From Scyliorhinus canicula (lineage: Eukaryota): a stretch of DNA of 64,000 bases. Below the pieces are notes generated by a model. It saw only the letters and a list, made by a program, of their open reading frames with translations. It did not search any database and had not been told where the DNA came from. Shown here in pieces: positions 45,111 through 58,927 of this stretch; the first letter of the stretch is position 1, and the number at the start of each line of letters is the position of its first letter. The DNA lies in assembly GCF_902713615.1 (NCBI RefSeq), contig NC_052166.1, forward strand, positions 2,156,961 through 2,220,960, written 5' to 3'. A program made the translations under genes and the position numbers.

Positions 45111-48074
45111 AGGATCCTTCCCTCTCGCGGATACCTATTCCCAATCGCAATATTTACATTTTAAAAGGAGCCAATTTAACCAGGCTTTCTTGATTTAAAT
45201 ATAGAGTGAGTTTATAAACTACTAAAGACAAGAAGATGGTAAAAGACACACATATACATTCATAGAAATTACAAATAAGATTTGAGTCCAAATTAACTGA
45301 GTAAAACAAAAGTTATATCAAACAGACTTTGACTCATGAGGAGTAGATGATTGAGTGTTGCAGCCGATGCGATTTGAGATTCTGGTAATCATGGCCTTAG
45401 CAGGCAAATAATCGGTTTCAAGATTCCAGTAACGCTGATTCGGCAGGCAAATGTTCCATTTCGAGATTCCAGCGTTCTGCAGTTTGGTGGGAAAACTTCC
45501 CGGTTTCAACTGTAGACTTTGGAGACTTGGCTTACTTCAACAATCAGAAAGGTAGAGATAGAACCTTTGGCAGGTGTGCTGTTGCTACTGGCTTCTTCGG
45601 TGTGGCACATATTCTGATACCGCAGCAGTGGTTCATGTATACACACAAAACACACACACAAGAGGCAGCATTTCAATTGGCCTTTATCCTAATCTTTGTA
45701 TATTCCTGGAAGGCAAAATCCACAAATCTCTGTCTGGACATTACACACAGAGTATCTCTTTTTTTAAAAAGTATTTTTATTCAACAAATTTTCTACGTTC
45801 TCACAATACAACATTCAAACAGCCCCAAGCAACCTCCAAACAGACAAGACATTTCCCCCACCTCACCCCTCAACAGTCCACGGTAACTAATTCTCGAACA
45901 TGCATAATAAACAAACCTCAACAATTGTAGAACCTCTCCTTCACCCCCCTCAGTTTGAACTTTACTTTCTCGAGGATCAAAAACTCCAGTAAATATCCCC
46001 GCCACAATGAGGCGCAGGATGGAGAGCCTGACCTCCACACCAACAAAAGCCGTCTTCGAGCGATCAACAGCCCCCGCTCCCGCCTGCAGATTGTGCTGGT
46101 CCGACATCCTGAATATGGCTGGCTAGGCGGCCATGTCCATCCACATGTAAGACCCCTGATATTATCCTGAATACTGACCTTTAATAAAGGCCTAATTTTG
46201 GACAGGACCAAAACATGTGAACATGATTTGCGGCACCCCTCCCGCACCGCTCACTAGTATACTCCACTCCCTTGAACAGCCGTCTCATCCTCGATTTATT
46301 AAGGTGTGCCCTATATACTAGCTTCAGCTGTATCAGCCCCAACCTCACACCAGAAGTGGAGGAATTCACCCTCCGTAGCACCTCACTTCGCAGTCCCTCT
46401 TCAAGCATCATTCCCAGCTCCTCTTCCCATTTCATCTTAATCCCCTCCAAGGACACCCCACCCTCCTCCAGGATCTTTCCGTAAATCTCCGAGATGACTC
46501 CCTTCTCCTGTTCTCCCCCCCACTCCCCACTCCCTCGTTAACAACACTTCCTACAACAACAAAGGAGCCGCTCTATTGGGAATGCTGGGAATACTTTCCT
46601 TGCAAAGTCCCAACCTGTATATATCTAAACCTCTCTCTCTCTCTGTGTCAATCCAGATTTCTCTCTCGACTCATCCAGACTCGCAAATCGTCCCCCAATG
46701 AACAAATCCTTCATTTCACTGATACCCATCATCACACAACCCCCCCAAACCTCGTATCCACCCTTCCTGGCCTGAACACGTGATTCCCCCTAATCGTCAT
46801 TCGCCCCCTGACCCCGGCCCTCAATTTAAAATGCAGTCTAAACTGCATCCAAATCCTCAGTGTGGCCACCACCACCTGACTGCCCGAATATTTTCCTGGG
46901 GCCATCGAGAGCGGTGCCGTTGCCAATTACCACAGCCCTGACCCCCTGCAAGTGCCGCCTCCATCTTTACCCACAGAGCCCACCTCCATCCGAGCCCACC
47001 TCCATCCTCACACACAGAGCCCACCTCCATCCTCACCCACAGAGCCTGCCTCCATCCTCACCCACAGAGCCCACCTCCACCCTTACCCACTGTTATAGGC
47101 CAGGGTTTAGAGAGCCTCAAAGTGTATCATGGAGTTCACCTGACCCACAACTTTTAATAGATTGTGGTTATGGGGAGCACAAGGGCCCACTCTGCAAGTG
47201 TGATGCACCAAAAATCTACAGTACTTTTAAATTAAAACAATGTTTATTTATGAAACCAGTTAACACTTTATAAACCCACAGTAAACATCTTAACAACTAT
47301 CAACAACAATGAATCCCCAAAGAATACAGTACTCTAGAGATAACCCTTAATAAATTCCCAAACAACACCTGGAAGACAAAAGACCCTTTTTAACACAGAT
47401 CAGGTTTAAATTCTCTACTGAGAACAATTATCACTCTGGATTCACCAAATGATCTAGAGATAGTCTTTAGATGGCAGAGAGATCAAAATGACACTTTCTT
47501 TGGCTGGCTGCAGCTCCAACACTAAAACAAAACTAAAAGACACAGACACACCCAAGCTTTTCCTCAAAGCGAAACTAAAAAGCAGAGCCAGTGCTCAGCT
47601 CCAACCACACTCTGACATCACTGCAGCCACTTGAGCATACAAATATTTCTTAAAGTTACATTCCCATGACACCCACAGAGGCGTCCCCTCTTTACACCAC
47701 CCTCTCACCTTCTCAGAATTTGACGCCCAATAATAATAAAGCAAGTTCGGGAGGCCTAGTCCCCCCTTTCGCCTTCCCGGCTGTAGTATCACCTTTTTAT
47801 CCTGGGAACCTTCCCTCCTGCACCAAATGAATGTGGAGGTCAACTAATCCACCCCCTTGAAGAACACGTTAGGTAGAAAGACCAGCAGACACTGTATCAG
47901 AAACAGGAACCGCAGCATTCATTTTGACAGCCTGTACCCGGCCTGCCAATGACAAAGAGAGATTGTCCCACCTTGCCAAATAACCTTCCCCTCCCCACAA
48001 AACTGGTAAAATTAAACTTCCGGAGCCCTACCCAATCCCGAGCCACCTGCACCCCCAGATACTTAAAATGAGAT

Positions 48075-48253
48075 AGAACATAGAACAGTACAGCACAGAA
48101 CAGGCCCTTCGGCCCTCGATGTTGTGCCGAGCAATGATCACCCTACTCAAACCCACGTATCCACCCTATACCCGTAACCCAACCCCCCCCCCCCCCCACA
48201 CTACGGGCAATTTAGCATGGCCAATCCACCTAACCCGCACATCTTTGGACTGC
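48075..48253 (-). mobile_element. 5'-truncated V-SINE/CR1 tail present only in right arm
   Basis: AGAACATAGAACAGTACAGCACAGAAC.. replaces left-arm 23,289-23,576. Confidence 0.85.
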
Positions 48254-48288
48254 GGGTACATAGGGCACCTCTGCCTCATACTCCAGCG

Positions 48289-48323
48289 CACCTGAGGAAG
48301 GAGCAGTGCTCCGAAAGCTAGTG
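48289..48323 (+). ncRNA. Minimal type-I hammerhead ribozyme motif (mirror of 23,219-23,253)
   Basis: CACCTGAGGAAGGAGCAGTGCTCCGAAAGCTAGTG. Confidence 0.7.
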
Positions 48324-51300
48324 TTTGAAACAAACCTGTTGGACTTTAACCTGGTGTTGTAAGACTTCTTACTGTGCTCACCCCAGTCCAACGCCGGTAT
48401 CTCCACATCATACTCCAATTATTCATACGCACACTTGCCTTTGGTTCCTTATATGGCAGCCGTACCCATGTCCCAAATTTTGGCCCGATCCCAAACCTCC
48501 AGTACCGCCATCAAATAACCTCATTCTACCCAATCGAATGCCTTCTCCACCTCAAGAGCCACCAGCACTTCTGTCCCCTTCCCTCTGCTGGAGAGAGGAC
48601 CATATTCAGCAACCTCCTCACGTTCAAAAACAACTGCTTTCCCTTAACGAACCCTGTCTGGTCCTCCCCGATCATGTTCAGGAGACACCATTCTAACCTT
48701 AAAGCTGACACCTTTGCCAAACTTTTGACATCTGTATTCAGCATCTGTATTATCATAGAATTTACAGTGCTGAAGGAGGCCATTCAGCCCATCGAGTCTG
48801 CACCGGCTCCTGGAAAGAGCACCCCATCCATGGTCAACACCTCTACCCTATCCCCATAACCCAGTAACCCCACCCAACACTAAGGGCAATTTTGGACACT
48901 AAGGACAATTTAACATGGCCAATCCACCTAACCTGCACATCTTTGGACTGTGGGAGGAAACCGGAGCACCCGGAGGAAACCCACGCACACACGGGGAGGA
49001 CGTGTATTCAGGACCCCCACTCCACCGGGTCCTTATAATAATAATAATCATTATTGTCACAAGTCGGCTTACATTATCACTACAATGAAGTTACTGTGAA
49101 AAGCCCCTAGTTGCCACATTCCGACACCTTTTCGGGTACACTGAGGGAGAATTCAGAATGTCCAATTCACCAAACAGCATGTCTTTCGGGATTTGTGTGA
49201 GGAAAGCGGAACACCTGGAGGAAACCCACGCAGACATGGGGAGGACGTGCAGACTGCACACAGACAGTGACCCAAGCCGGGAATCGAACCTGAGACTCTG
49301 GTGCTGTGAAGCAACACCGCTATCCACTGTTCCCCTCTGCTGCCCTGCCTTATCGTTCTTTAGCAGTAACGAGATGGAAACCCGCCCCATTGTTTGTGGA
49401 AAGACACTCCTGTCCATCGTGTCTTCGAACATGCCCACCAGCTTATCTTTAAATTTCTTATAGAAGTCGGATGGGAACATATCGGGCTGTGCCACATTCC
49501 CTGCCTGCATCCTCCCAATCGCCTCCTTCACCTCCTGCACCCTCACCAGCTCCTCCAACCCGCCCTCTCCCCCAACCTCGGGCAGTCTAACCCATCCACG
49601 GATTCCCTCATCTCCTGTTCCTCCTCTGGTGGCTCCGACCTGTATCGATCTCTATAAAATTCTTCAAATACTTCATTCATCAGCTCCGGAGACCCCACCA
49701 ACTTCCCGCCTTATTCTGTATCCGAACTATCTCCCTCTCCGCTGCCTCCTATTGAAGTTGACCAGCCAGCAATGTTCCTGCCTTTACCCCATACTCATAT
49801 ACTGCCCCTTTCACCTTTCTTAGCTTACATACCGCTTTCCTCACGGACAGCTGATCAAACTCCCTTGTAGCCCCTTCCTCTTAACCAGGAGACTCGGGAC
49901 AGTGCCCTCAGCAAACTTCCCATCTACCTCCAAAATCTCCTCTATCAGTCTTTGACATTCTTCCCTCTCCACCCTGTCTACCTTCACCTTAAATTAAATC
50001 ACCTTCCCCCCCACTACTGCCTTCAATGCCTCCCAGACCATTGATTGCGAGACCTCCCCTGTACAATTAAATATCACATACTCCTCAACCACCTTCCCAA
50101 TCTCACAGAAGCTCCGGTCTGCTCGTAACCCCACATCCATTCTCCACACCAGCCTCTGAGCTACCCCCTTTTCCAGTACCACATCCATCTAGTGCGGAGC
50201 ATGATCCAAAAACACGATTGCTCAGTACTCAGATATCTGAATCCCAGTCAATAGTGCCTTTCCCACCACAAGGAAGTCAATTCTTGAGTACACCTTGTGT
50301 ACCAGGGAGAAAAGAGAATACTCTCGCACCTCTGCATGTCGGAACCTCCATGGATCTACTCCTTCTAGCTCCTCCATAAACCCAGTCAACGCACCCACCC
50401 CCTGCCCCCCGATTGGGACTTGCCACCTTTGGGTTCAATACTATGTTCCAATCTCCCCTACTATCAGCTCATGGATATCCAGAGCCGGAATAACAGCCAT
50501 CACCTTCTTTGCAAACCCATTTAGGACCGTATGTTCTCACGAAAACCAGCAGCCTACCCTCCAGCGTACCCTTCACTACAACATACCTGTCGCCCGCCAC
50601 CATCTTCTCCATCTGAAACCGTACTGTCTTGCTGACACCTGAGCCCTACTGTCAAACCCCGAGTGGAATACTTGACTCACCCAGCATTTCCGAAGACTCG
50701 CCTGATCTTTCACCGTCAAATGTGTCTCCTGCAGCATCATTACATCAGCCTTTAAGCTCCTCAAATGAGTGAAAACTTTCAATCTCTTCATCAGTCCCTC
50801 CCTCTCTCCCTCTCTCCCACCCAGGTTGATAGGGTTGTTAAGAAGGCGTATGGTGTGTTGGCTTTCATTAACAGTTAAAGAGCCGCAAGGTTTTGCTGCA
50901 GCTTTATAAAACTAGTTAGACCACACTTGGAATATTGTGTCCAGTTCTGGTCGCCTCATTACAAGAAGGATGTGGATGCTTTGGAGAGGGTACAGAGGAG
51001 ATTTACCAGGATGCTGCCTGCACTGGAGGGCATGTCTTATGAAGAAAGGTTGAGGGAGCGAGGGCTTTTCTCACTGGAGCGAAGAAGGCAGTGACTTGAT
51101 AGAGGTGGACAAGGTGATGAGAGGCATGGATAGAGAGGATAGCCAGAGACTTTTCCCCAGGGTGGAAATGGCTGTCATGAGGGGACATAATTTTAAGGTG
51201 ATTGGAGGGAGGTACAGGGGAGATGTCAGAGGCAGGTTCTTTACACAGAGAGTGGTGGGTGTGTGGAATGCACTGTCAGCAGAGGTGGTAGAGTCAGAGT

Positions 51301-54300
51301 ATTAGGGACATATAAGCAACTCTTTGACAGGCACATGGACAGCAGTAAATTGAAGGGGTGTAGGTTCGGTTGATCTTAGAATAGGATAAATGGTCGGCAC
51401 AACATCAAAATGAAAATGAAAATCGCTTATTGTCACAAGTAGGCTTCAAATTAAGTTACGGTGAAAAGCCCTAGGTGCTAGATTCCGGCGCCTGTTTGGG
51501 GAGGCTGGTATGGGAATTGAACCGTGCTGCTGGCCTGCCTTGGTCTGCTTTCAAAGCCAGCAATTTAGCCCTGTGCTAACAACCCCGAATTAAAATAGCT
51601 TATTGTCACAAGTAGGCTTCAAATGAAGTTAATGTGAAAAGCCCCTAGTCACCACATTCCAGCGCCTGTTCGGGGAGGCTGGTACAGGAATTGAACCATA
51701 CAGCTGGCTTACCTTGGTCTGCTTTAAAAGCCAGCGATTTAGCCCAGTGTGCTAAACCAGCCCCTAATAATAATAATCTTTTATTGTCACAAGTATGAAG
51801 TTACTGTGAAAATCCTCCAGTCGCCACGTTCCGGCGCCTGTACGGGGAGGCTGGTACGGGAATGGAACCTGTGCTGCTGGCCTTGTTCTGCATCACAACC
51901 CAGCTGTCTAGCCCACTGAGCTAAACCAGCCCAATAAACCAGCCCATTCGTTGGCTGAAGGGCTTGTCCTGTGCTGAACTGTTCTATGTTACTATTCTGA
52001 CTGGGGGTCTCATACCCGCCCTTCCTATCCGCCATTATCATCGACCGGGGTCCTGCCTCTCACACTTCATCGAACCTCCAAAACCCCCAAACGACTTGCC
52101 ATTATCACTCCTCCCCTCCTTTCCTGCCTCCCAGGCCCATCAAAACCTGATCATCCAGACTTCGACAGCTGTGGCCCCATCTCCCAGCACACTCCCGTTC
52201 ACGATCAAACTCTGCTTGTTCATTAGGGGGCCCTAACCAAACCCCCCTCCTCCCAATCCCCTGTTCCATAGCCCAATTCCAGGGGGAAAAACACTCCCAT
52301 AAAGCCGATGCACATATCCCCCAAGCCCAAAGTACTTATAACAACCTCTAAACACAGGTAGACCACCCTCCTAAATTCAAACAACCCCAGGGCCCCTGCG
52401 TTCCCCAGTACAGAAATGTAAAGCACCATAGATGAAAAACAAAGACAAAGCCCAGTCCCCTTCCCCTCAGCTCAGGTTTCATTTCCAGTCCCATCTCTCA
52501 TTTCCGTCCCAATCCTTCGGCCTTCACGAACATCTCCACCGCTTCCACCATTCCAAACTAGAGATCCTTCGAGTTGTACATCACCCTCAATTTCACGGGA
52601 TAGACCACTCCAAACCGCCCGTCTTTGTTGTAGAGCCGTCTTCACCCATCCGAAAGCCGCCCGCCTTTTCGCCAGATCCTTTGTCAAACCCTGGTAAATT
52701 TGTACACCAGCATCCTGTGGTGAATGAGATTCACACGGTATTATAATCTGTATATATGTATCAATATTGTAAGTGCAGTTGCACTACCTGATCACCGGGG
52801 GAGTAGCTCTAGGAGTACTCGAGAGTTTGTACTGGGCTCCTCCCTTGGCTCCGCACAGGACTCCTCCCCCGGGAGCTTCTGTATAAAGATCCGTGCCACA
52901 GGGTCAGCCGGCCAGTTCACCGAAAGTTCAACGGCTAACAGACTGGCTCTGTTGTAAGTATATTAAAACCGCTATTCTAATCCTACAAGCACGTGTCCGT
53001 AGAATTGTTGGTTCCAACACATCCTCCCAATTCACCTCTCACCTTTGCTTTGCCCAGTTAGTGAACAACCTTACAAATTCACCGCTTATCACTTCGATCA
53101 GAGAATCCCTTGTGGGGGGAGCAGCACCACATTGTGCTCGTTCCCACGTTTTTATCTCCCTGAGACATCAACTCACTCGCCGACAGATTTTCGTTCACCC
53201 CCTTCTTTCCGCCATTCTTCTTCTGGGCCTTGACATCACAATATCTTCCTACACCGATTTATTCAAAAATTGCCCCTGGGATCAGGCATTAAAGTTCAAA
53301 GAAGCTAAAACCTCGGGTAGGAGCTTTCCCACGTGTGACCTCTGCTTACATTACGTCACCGGAAGTCAGCTCACACAGAGTATCTCTTGAGATTATATTC
53401 ATTTCCCATGGTCTCCCATTGTCTCCACGAGAGGTGCCAATTAGTTTCTGTATGCTTTAGAAGTATCCGTGTCTGGAAAAAATATCTCTCATAGTGTCAT
53501 TTACCAACAATTCAGCCAGTAACTGGCTTTACATGCTCAGCCACCTTTGGCTTGTATGTGCATTTTTTAAGAGCTCACAGGTCTTATTCAGTATTTACCA
53601 ATGTAATTTGGTGTTTTTCCTTCATTATTGTGGCACTAGAGTTTCAGTGTAGATAGATAGATAAAGATAGATAGAGGAATACAGCACAGAACAGGCCCTT
53701 CGGCCCACGATATTGTGCCGAACTTTTGTACTAGGTTAATCATAGAATTTTGGACACTAAGGGCAATTTATCATGACCAATCCACCCAACCTGCACATCT
53801 TTGGACTGTGGGAGAAAACCGGAGTACCCGGAGGAAACCCACGCACACACGGGGAGGATGTGCAGACTCCACACAGACAGTGACCCAAGCCAGAATCAAA
53901 CCTGGGACTCTGGAGCTGTGAAGCAATTGTGCTATCCACAATGCTACCATGCTGCCCTTAAGAAGAAATTAATCTACACTCCATTATTCTACCCTAATAA
54001 ATGTACCTATCCAATAGCCGCTTGAAGGTCCCTAACGTTTCCGACTCAACTACTTCCACAGGCAGTGCATTCCATGCCCCCACTACTCTCTGGGTAAAGA
54101 ACCTACCTCTGACATCCCCCCTATATCTTCCACCATTTACCTTCAATTTATGTCCCCTTGTAATGGTTTGTTCCACCCAGGGAAAAAGTCTCTGCCTGTC
54201 TACTCTATCTATTCCCCTGATCATCTTATAAACCTCTACCAAGTCGCCCCTCATCCTTCTCCATTCTAATGAGAAATGACCTAGCACCCTCAACCTTTCC

Positions 54301-57300
54301 TAGTAAGACCTACTCACCATTCCAGGCAACATCCTGGTAAATCTCCTTTGCACCTTTTCCAAAGCTTCCACATCCTTCTTAAAATGAGGTGACCAGAACT
54401 GCACACAAATGTGGCCTGACCAAGGTTTTGTACAGCTGCATCATCACCTCACGGCTCTTAAATTCAATCACTCTGCTAATGAACGTCAGCACACCAGAGG
54501 CCTTCTTCACAGCTCTATCCACTTGAGTGGGAACTTTCAAAGATCCATGAACATAGACCCCAAGATCTCTCTGCTCCTCTACATTGCCAAGAACCCTGCC
54601 GTTAACCCTGTATTCCGCATTCATATTTGTCCTTCCAAAATGGACAACCTCACACTTATCAGGGTTAAACTCCATCTGTCACTTCTCAGCCCAGCTCTGC
54701 AGCCTATCTATGTCTCTTTGAAGCCGACAACAGCCCTCCTCTCTATCCACAACTCCACCAATCTTCGTATCATCTGCAAATTTACTGACCCACCCTTCAA
54801 CTCCCTCATCCAAGTCGTTAATGAAAATCACAAACAGCAGAGGACCCAGAATGGATCCCCGCGGTACGCCACTGGTAACTGGGCTAACCCTAACCCTAAC
54901 CCCAGTGTATGAGCATGAACTATAAAAAACTGCATGTGACTCACTGTGATTGTCAGGATTTGCTGAAATGGTGGAGCTATGATCCATACTCTGTTGCTGG
55001 ATCTCCCCCTCCCCACAGGAGTGACCCCTGTCCCCACCAGCCAGGTCAGCTGCAGCTTCCTTGAACTCAATAATCAGCCGTGATGACCTCCTATCCAGCA
55101 ACTTCCCAGGCCAGAGACGTGAGGTTGCTGTGTTTGCTGCTGCTATCCCGGGCATACAGGGTAAGTCTGTGTGCCTACACTCCTCTGAAATAGTGGGCAA
55201 ATCATTTAAATGGCCAAAGCACTTGTCTGTGATGGAGCTGCGTCTCAGAAGGAGGCCATTCGGCCTATTATGTCTGTGCTGTGCTGACTCTCCGAATGAA
55301 CAATTTACCCAGTGCCATTCTGCCACCTTCTTTCCGTAACCTTGGTAACATTCTTCCTTTTCAGATAACAATCTGGTTCAAGCTGTCTCCCATGCACATC
55401 AACCATGCATTCCAGAGCTTAACCACTCTCTACATAAGAATTCTAATGACCTGGTGCCTTATCTGTATTTATGAGTAATCTCTTTGTTTGTGGAGGTAAA
55501 AAATAGAAAATATTGCCTCTGGATGTTTTTATGATTGTGCAGAATCTGGGTCAACTCATCTCCACAAGGAAATACAGATGTATTTATTCACTGGATCAGA
55601 AATCCCCTTGTATCTTTAATTTCACTCAGAACTTGTAGATGCTTGACATATCTCAGAAGCCATTCTCAGAGTCGAGCTATTTCTTATGTAAGCCAGGTGT
55701 TTGAAAAATATATGTTTTATTCTTCACTGTTTATCTGTCAAGCGATGTTCCTGTCTGCCAGACCTATAGGATTAGGCTGGGAATTCTGAGTCTCGGAGGA
55801 GGGGGAATCAAGGACAAGAACAAAGGACAGTAAGAAGAACAAGAAAAGTGATGGGCAGAGAAGTCAAGGGCCAGAAACAAAGAGGGCCTCAAAGAAAAAT
55901 AGTGGGAATGGGACAGGGAATGTTAAATAGACAAGCTTTAAGGCTTTGGGCGGGATTCTCCATTGGCTGACGCCGGAATTGGGAAACGCAATTGGGCGGA
56001 AAATCAGTGTTGACGCAAAATTGTGGCAGGCTCCGGTTTCACACCAAATCGCAATTCTCTGGTGCCTTGACAGCGGCATCAATGCGTTCAACTCTGCACA
56101 TACAATAAACACTGTTGGCATATCATTAGCAGGCATGGCTGGTATTCTCCGGGGCCTCTGCGATTGTCCGCAGCCAATGGCAAGCTGCCTCCACCATCAG
56201 AAAACATGCTGCAATGCAGGAAAAATCCCAGCCACAGAATGGAAACAACAGCTGGAAAGATGTCTTCCTATCCAACATGGTGTCCCTCACTCCTGATCAT
56301 AGAATCTATGACACGGAGACAGGCCCTTCGGCCCAAACTGGTCCATGCCAACCAAAAAGCCCATCTAAGCTAACCCTATTTGCTTACATTTGACCCATTC
56401 CCTCCCTCTAAACCTTTCCTATCCATGTATCTGTCCAAATGCTTTTTAAATGTTGCCAATGTTCCTGCCTCAAACACTTTCTCCGATAGCTCATTCCACT
56501 TACGTACCACCCTCTGTGTAAAAAAGTTGCTCCTCAGGTTCCCATTAATTCTTTCCCCTTTTATTGATAAACAAATTCACTAAATGGAGTCGTGTCACAG
56601 GGTAATGAAACAATGAACCATTATGAGCAGGAAGGTTTACTGTAACTAAGTGGACCAAGTCAAGCAAGATTAACTTGTTTGATGTCAGTGATATCCATCT
56701 GCATTGTTCTGATTTTTCAGGGACTTTCCACAGCTTGCAAAGCTATTTGGCTTCCAAAGCCTGTTCATCAAACCAACAAAGCATGTCTGCCATCCCAGTG
56801 AAACTAAAGTGATGTAACAATGCTCGTTCTGAAAACAGAGCGAGCTGGAAATACTCAACAGGTCAGCTCTGATGAAAGGACGTCAAACTGAAACATTAGG
56901 CAGAATCGTGTGCCCTCCCTGTGGTGCGTTTGATGGCAGGGGTGGGGCAATGGTTCCTCTGGAGAGAACCCTGATTAATTAATACCCACATAAGGACCTC
57001 ATGCCACCATTGCTGGTACTAACCAAGCGATGGACAGGGAGCACGCCTCAAAGATCCCTGTCACCTTCATGATTCTGTCCATTTTCTCTGTCCCTCCACA
57101 GATACTGGGCTGGATTCTCCACTGTGGGGATTCTCCGTTACGCCGGCAGTCCGGAGATTTCCCGACAGCAGAGGCATGCCCACAATAGGAAACCCCATTG
57201 GCCGGCTGGCGAGACGGAGAATCCTGGGGGGCTCGCCGCAGCATAAATCTGGTGCTGAGGGATGGAGAATCCCACCCACTACCTGACTTTGCTGAGTAGT

Positions 57301-58807
57301 CCCAGCATTTTCTGATCTTGTTTCCGATTTCTGGCACAATATTGTTTTTGTAGCAAATCTTGTTGTGACTGGATGGAGGTTTTGGGATAAGGGGGTTGGG
57401 GGATTGTTGTTCATAAACAGGCAGTGCCAAATGCCTCAATAGGCCCTGCGGAGGATGCCGGGGAGGCATATTGGGAAGCTGTAGGCTTATCTCAGAGGAC
57501 ATCAACCCTGTGAGGAGTGAGATCGAGGAGTGCTGGAGAAATTTGGGCTTGGGATTTGGAAGGGCCTCATCCCCGAGATGGGAGAAATGATGACAGGAGA
57601 GAAGGGTCTAGGAGGGGATAAAGCGAAAAGAATATGAATGGCTGTTACTCCCTGCGTTCTCTCTCCCTCATTCCTTGAATACAGGTGCTAGGTTCACTGG
57701 CACCCTTCCAGAATCGAGCGATGTATAAAGAATCGATAAAGCCTAACCTTCCCTCCGAAGGAATACAATCCATGATAATTTGATTCCAATTCTGAATTGA
57801 GGGATACTTATTATTAATCCACAATCAAAGAATGTTCTTCTGTGCCGCAAGAGTTAACCTATTATACACCCTTTTTTTTATGAACGTCAACGATTCTCCT
57901 ATCTGGGAGCTGCAGAAGTAAGAATAAAGAATCAAATTCTAAGATTGTGCCGAATATCTTCTCAAGCTCTTTCAGTATACCAGACCAGTAGGATTAGCAT
58001 TTTGACACAGGACCACACACTGTGTTGTAGTCACCCTGAACTATCTGGCACTTTAGGTACATTGAGGATATAGCAGGGTCAACCTGTGTCTGAACCTTTG
58101 TGTTATATGCAGATGGTGCAATATTTTGAACTGAGTCTCCTTCGTTCTATTGCAGCCTGAAATTTTATTTTCTTATCCCCATATATTACCCCAGGTCTCC
58201 TCATCAATATTGTCTGCAAGGTCTCTTTTCCAAGGCTGCAGTGTTTCAATTATACTCACAAAGTCTCCAGAATACAAAATATCATGAACCGTGCTAATTA
58301 ACTGCTTAGGCTGTTCAGAATTGAAGATTTTCCCACAGGGGGACTGAAACGTCAAATGAACAGTTGTCTTATGAAGCATAAAGTCTCCAATTTGAAGATA
58401 TTTTTTTTTGAAATGTCTGTCTTGGGACGTCAAATTGTTTGCAAGCTTCTGAAAAATGCCAAGGGAGGTTAATTGATGCATCTCAATTTTTGACATCCCT
58501 AACCTGTGCCTTGAACTAGGAAGTTGCAGTTTGGCTAAATTGAAACAAGGTTTTTTCTTGTTCCAGTATCATAGGTTTCCTTTTTAATCTAAGGCAAACT
58601 CTCCTCAATATCTCCAAATAGACCTCCTTTTCCTTGACTACCTGTGGATTTCTCATTTTCCCAGCTTGTAATGTAGTTTATTCAGTTGGGCTTGTCGTTC
58701 ATTTATACTTGCTCGAAGTGACAAACATTCAAAACAGGGACCCAACTGCAAACAAAAGGAATATATTCAAGCCTTGCAACTTTTTTGAATTACCTGGGAT
58801 CTCAAAG

Positions 58808-58927
58808 AGCCAATGGTACAGCTTGACCAATCAGAGTCTACTGGCCAACCAATCAGCACCTTTTTCTCTTGGGGTATAAATTGTTGTGATGGTTTGAAAT
58901 TTGGCAATTAGTGTTTGGCCTGGTGAG
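58808..58927 (+). promoter_or_regulatory. Pol II promoter-like element: CCAAT x3, TATAAAT, then candidate short exon ending CCTG|GTGAGT
   Basis: CCAAT at 58,810, 58,827 and 58,849. TATAAAT at 58,875. Donor-like GTGAGT at about 58,923. Confidence 0.5.

Larger units (their letters stand above)
44620..58894. repeat. Right arm of large inverted duplication (mirror copies of all left-arm elements except 8442-15296)
   Basis: Inner junction GACTCA at 26,965-70 / TGAGTC at 44,620-25. Outer junction AAACCATCAC at about 5,717 / 58,885-95. Confidence 0.95.

Noticed and set aside
55083-55160. Possible MHC leader exon
   Set aside because: Ends in phase 0, whereas MHC/Ig-family leader exons end in phase 1, and no domain exons were found downstream.
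54679-55371. 230-aa minus-strand ORF fusing novel sequence to an RT domain
   Set aside because: Chance read-through from flank into a truncated CR1. The left-arm copy is split by one extra T in a T-run.
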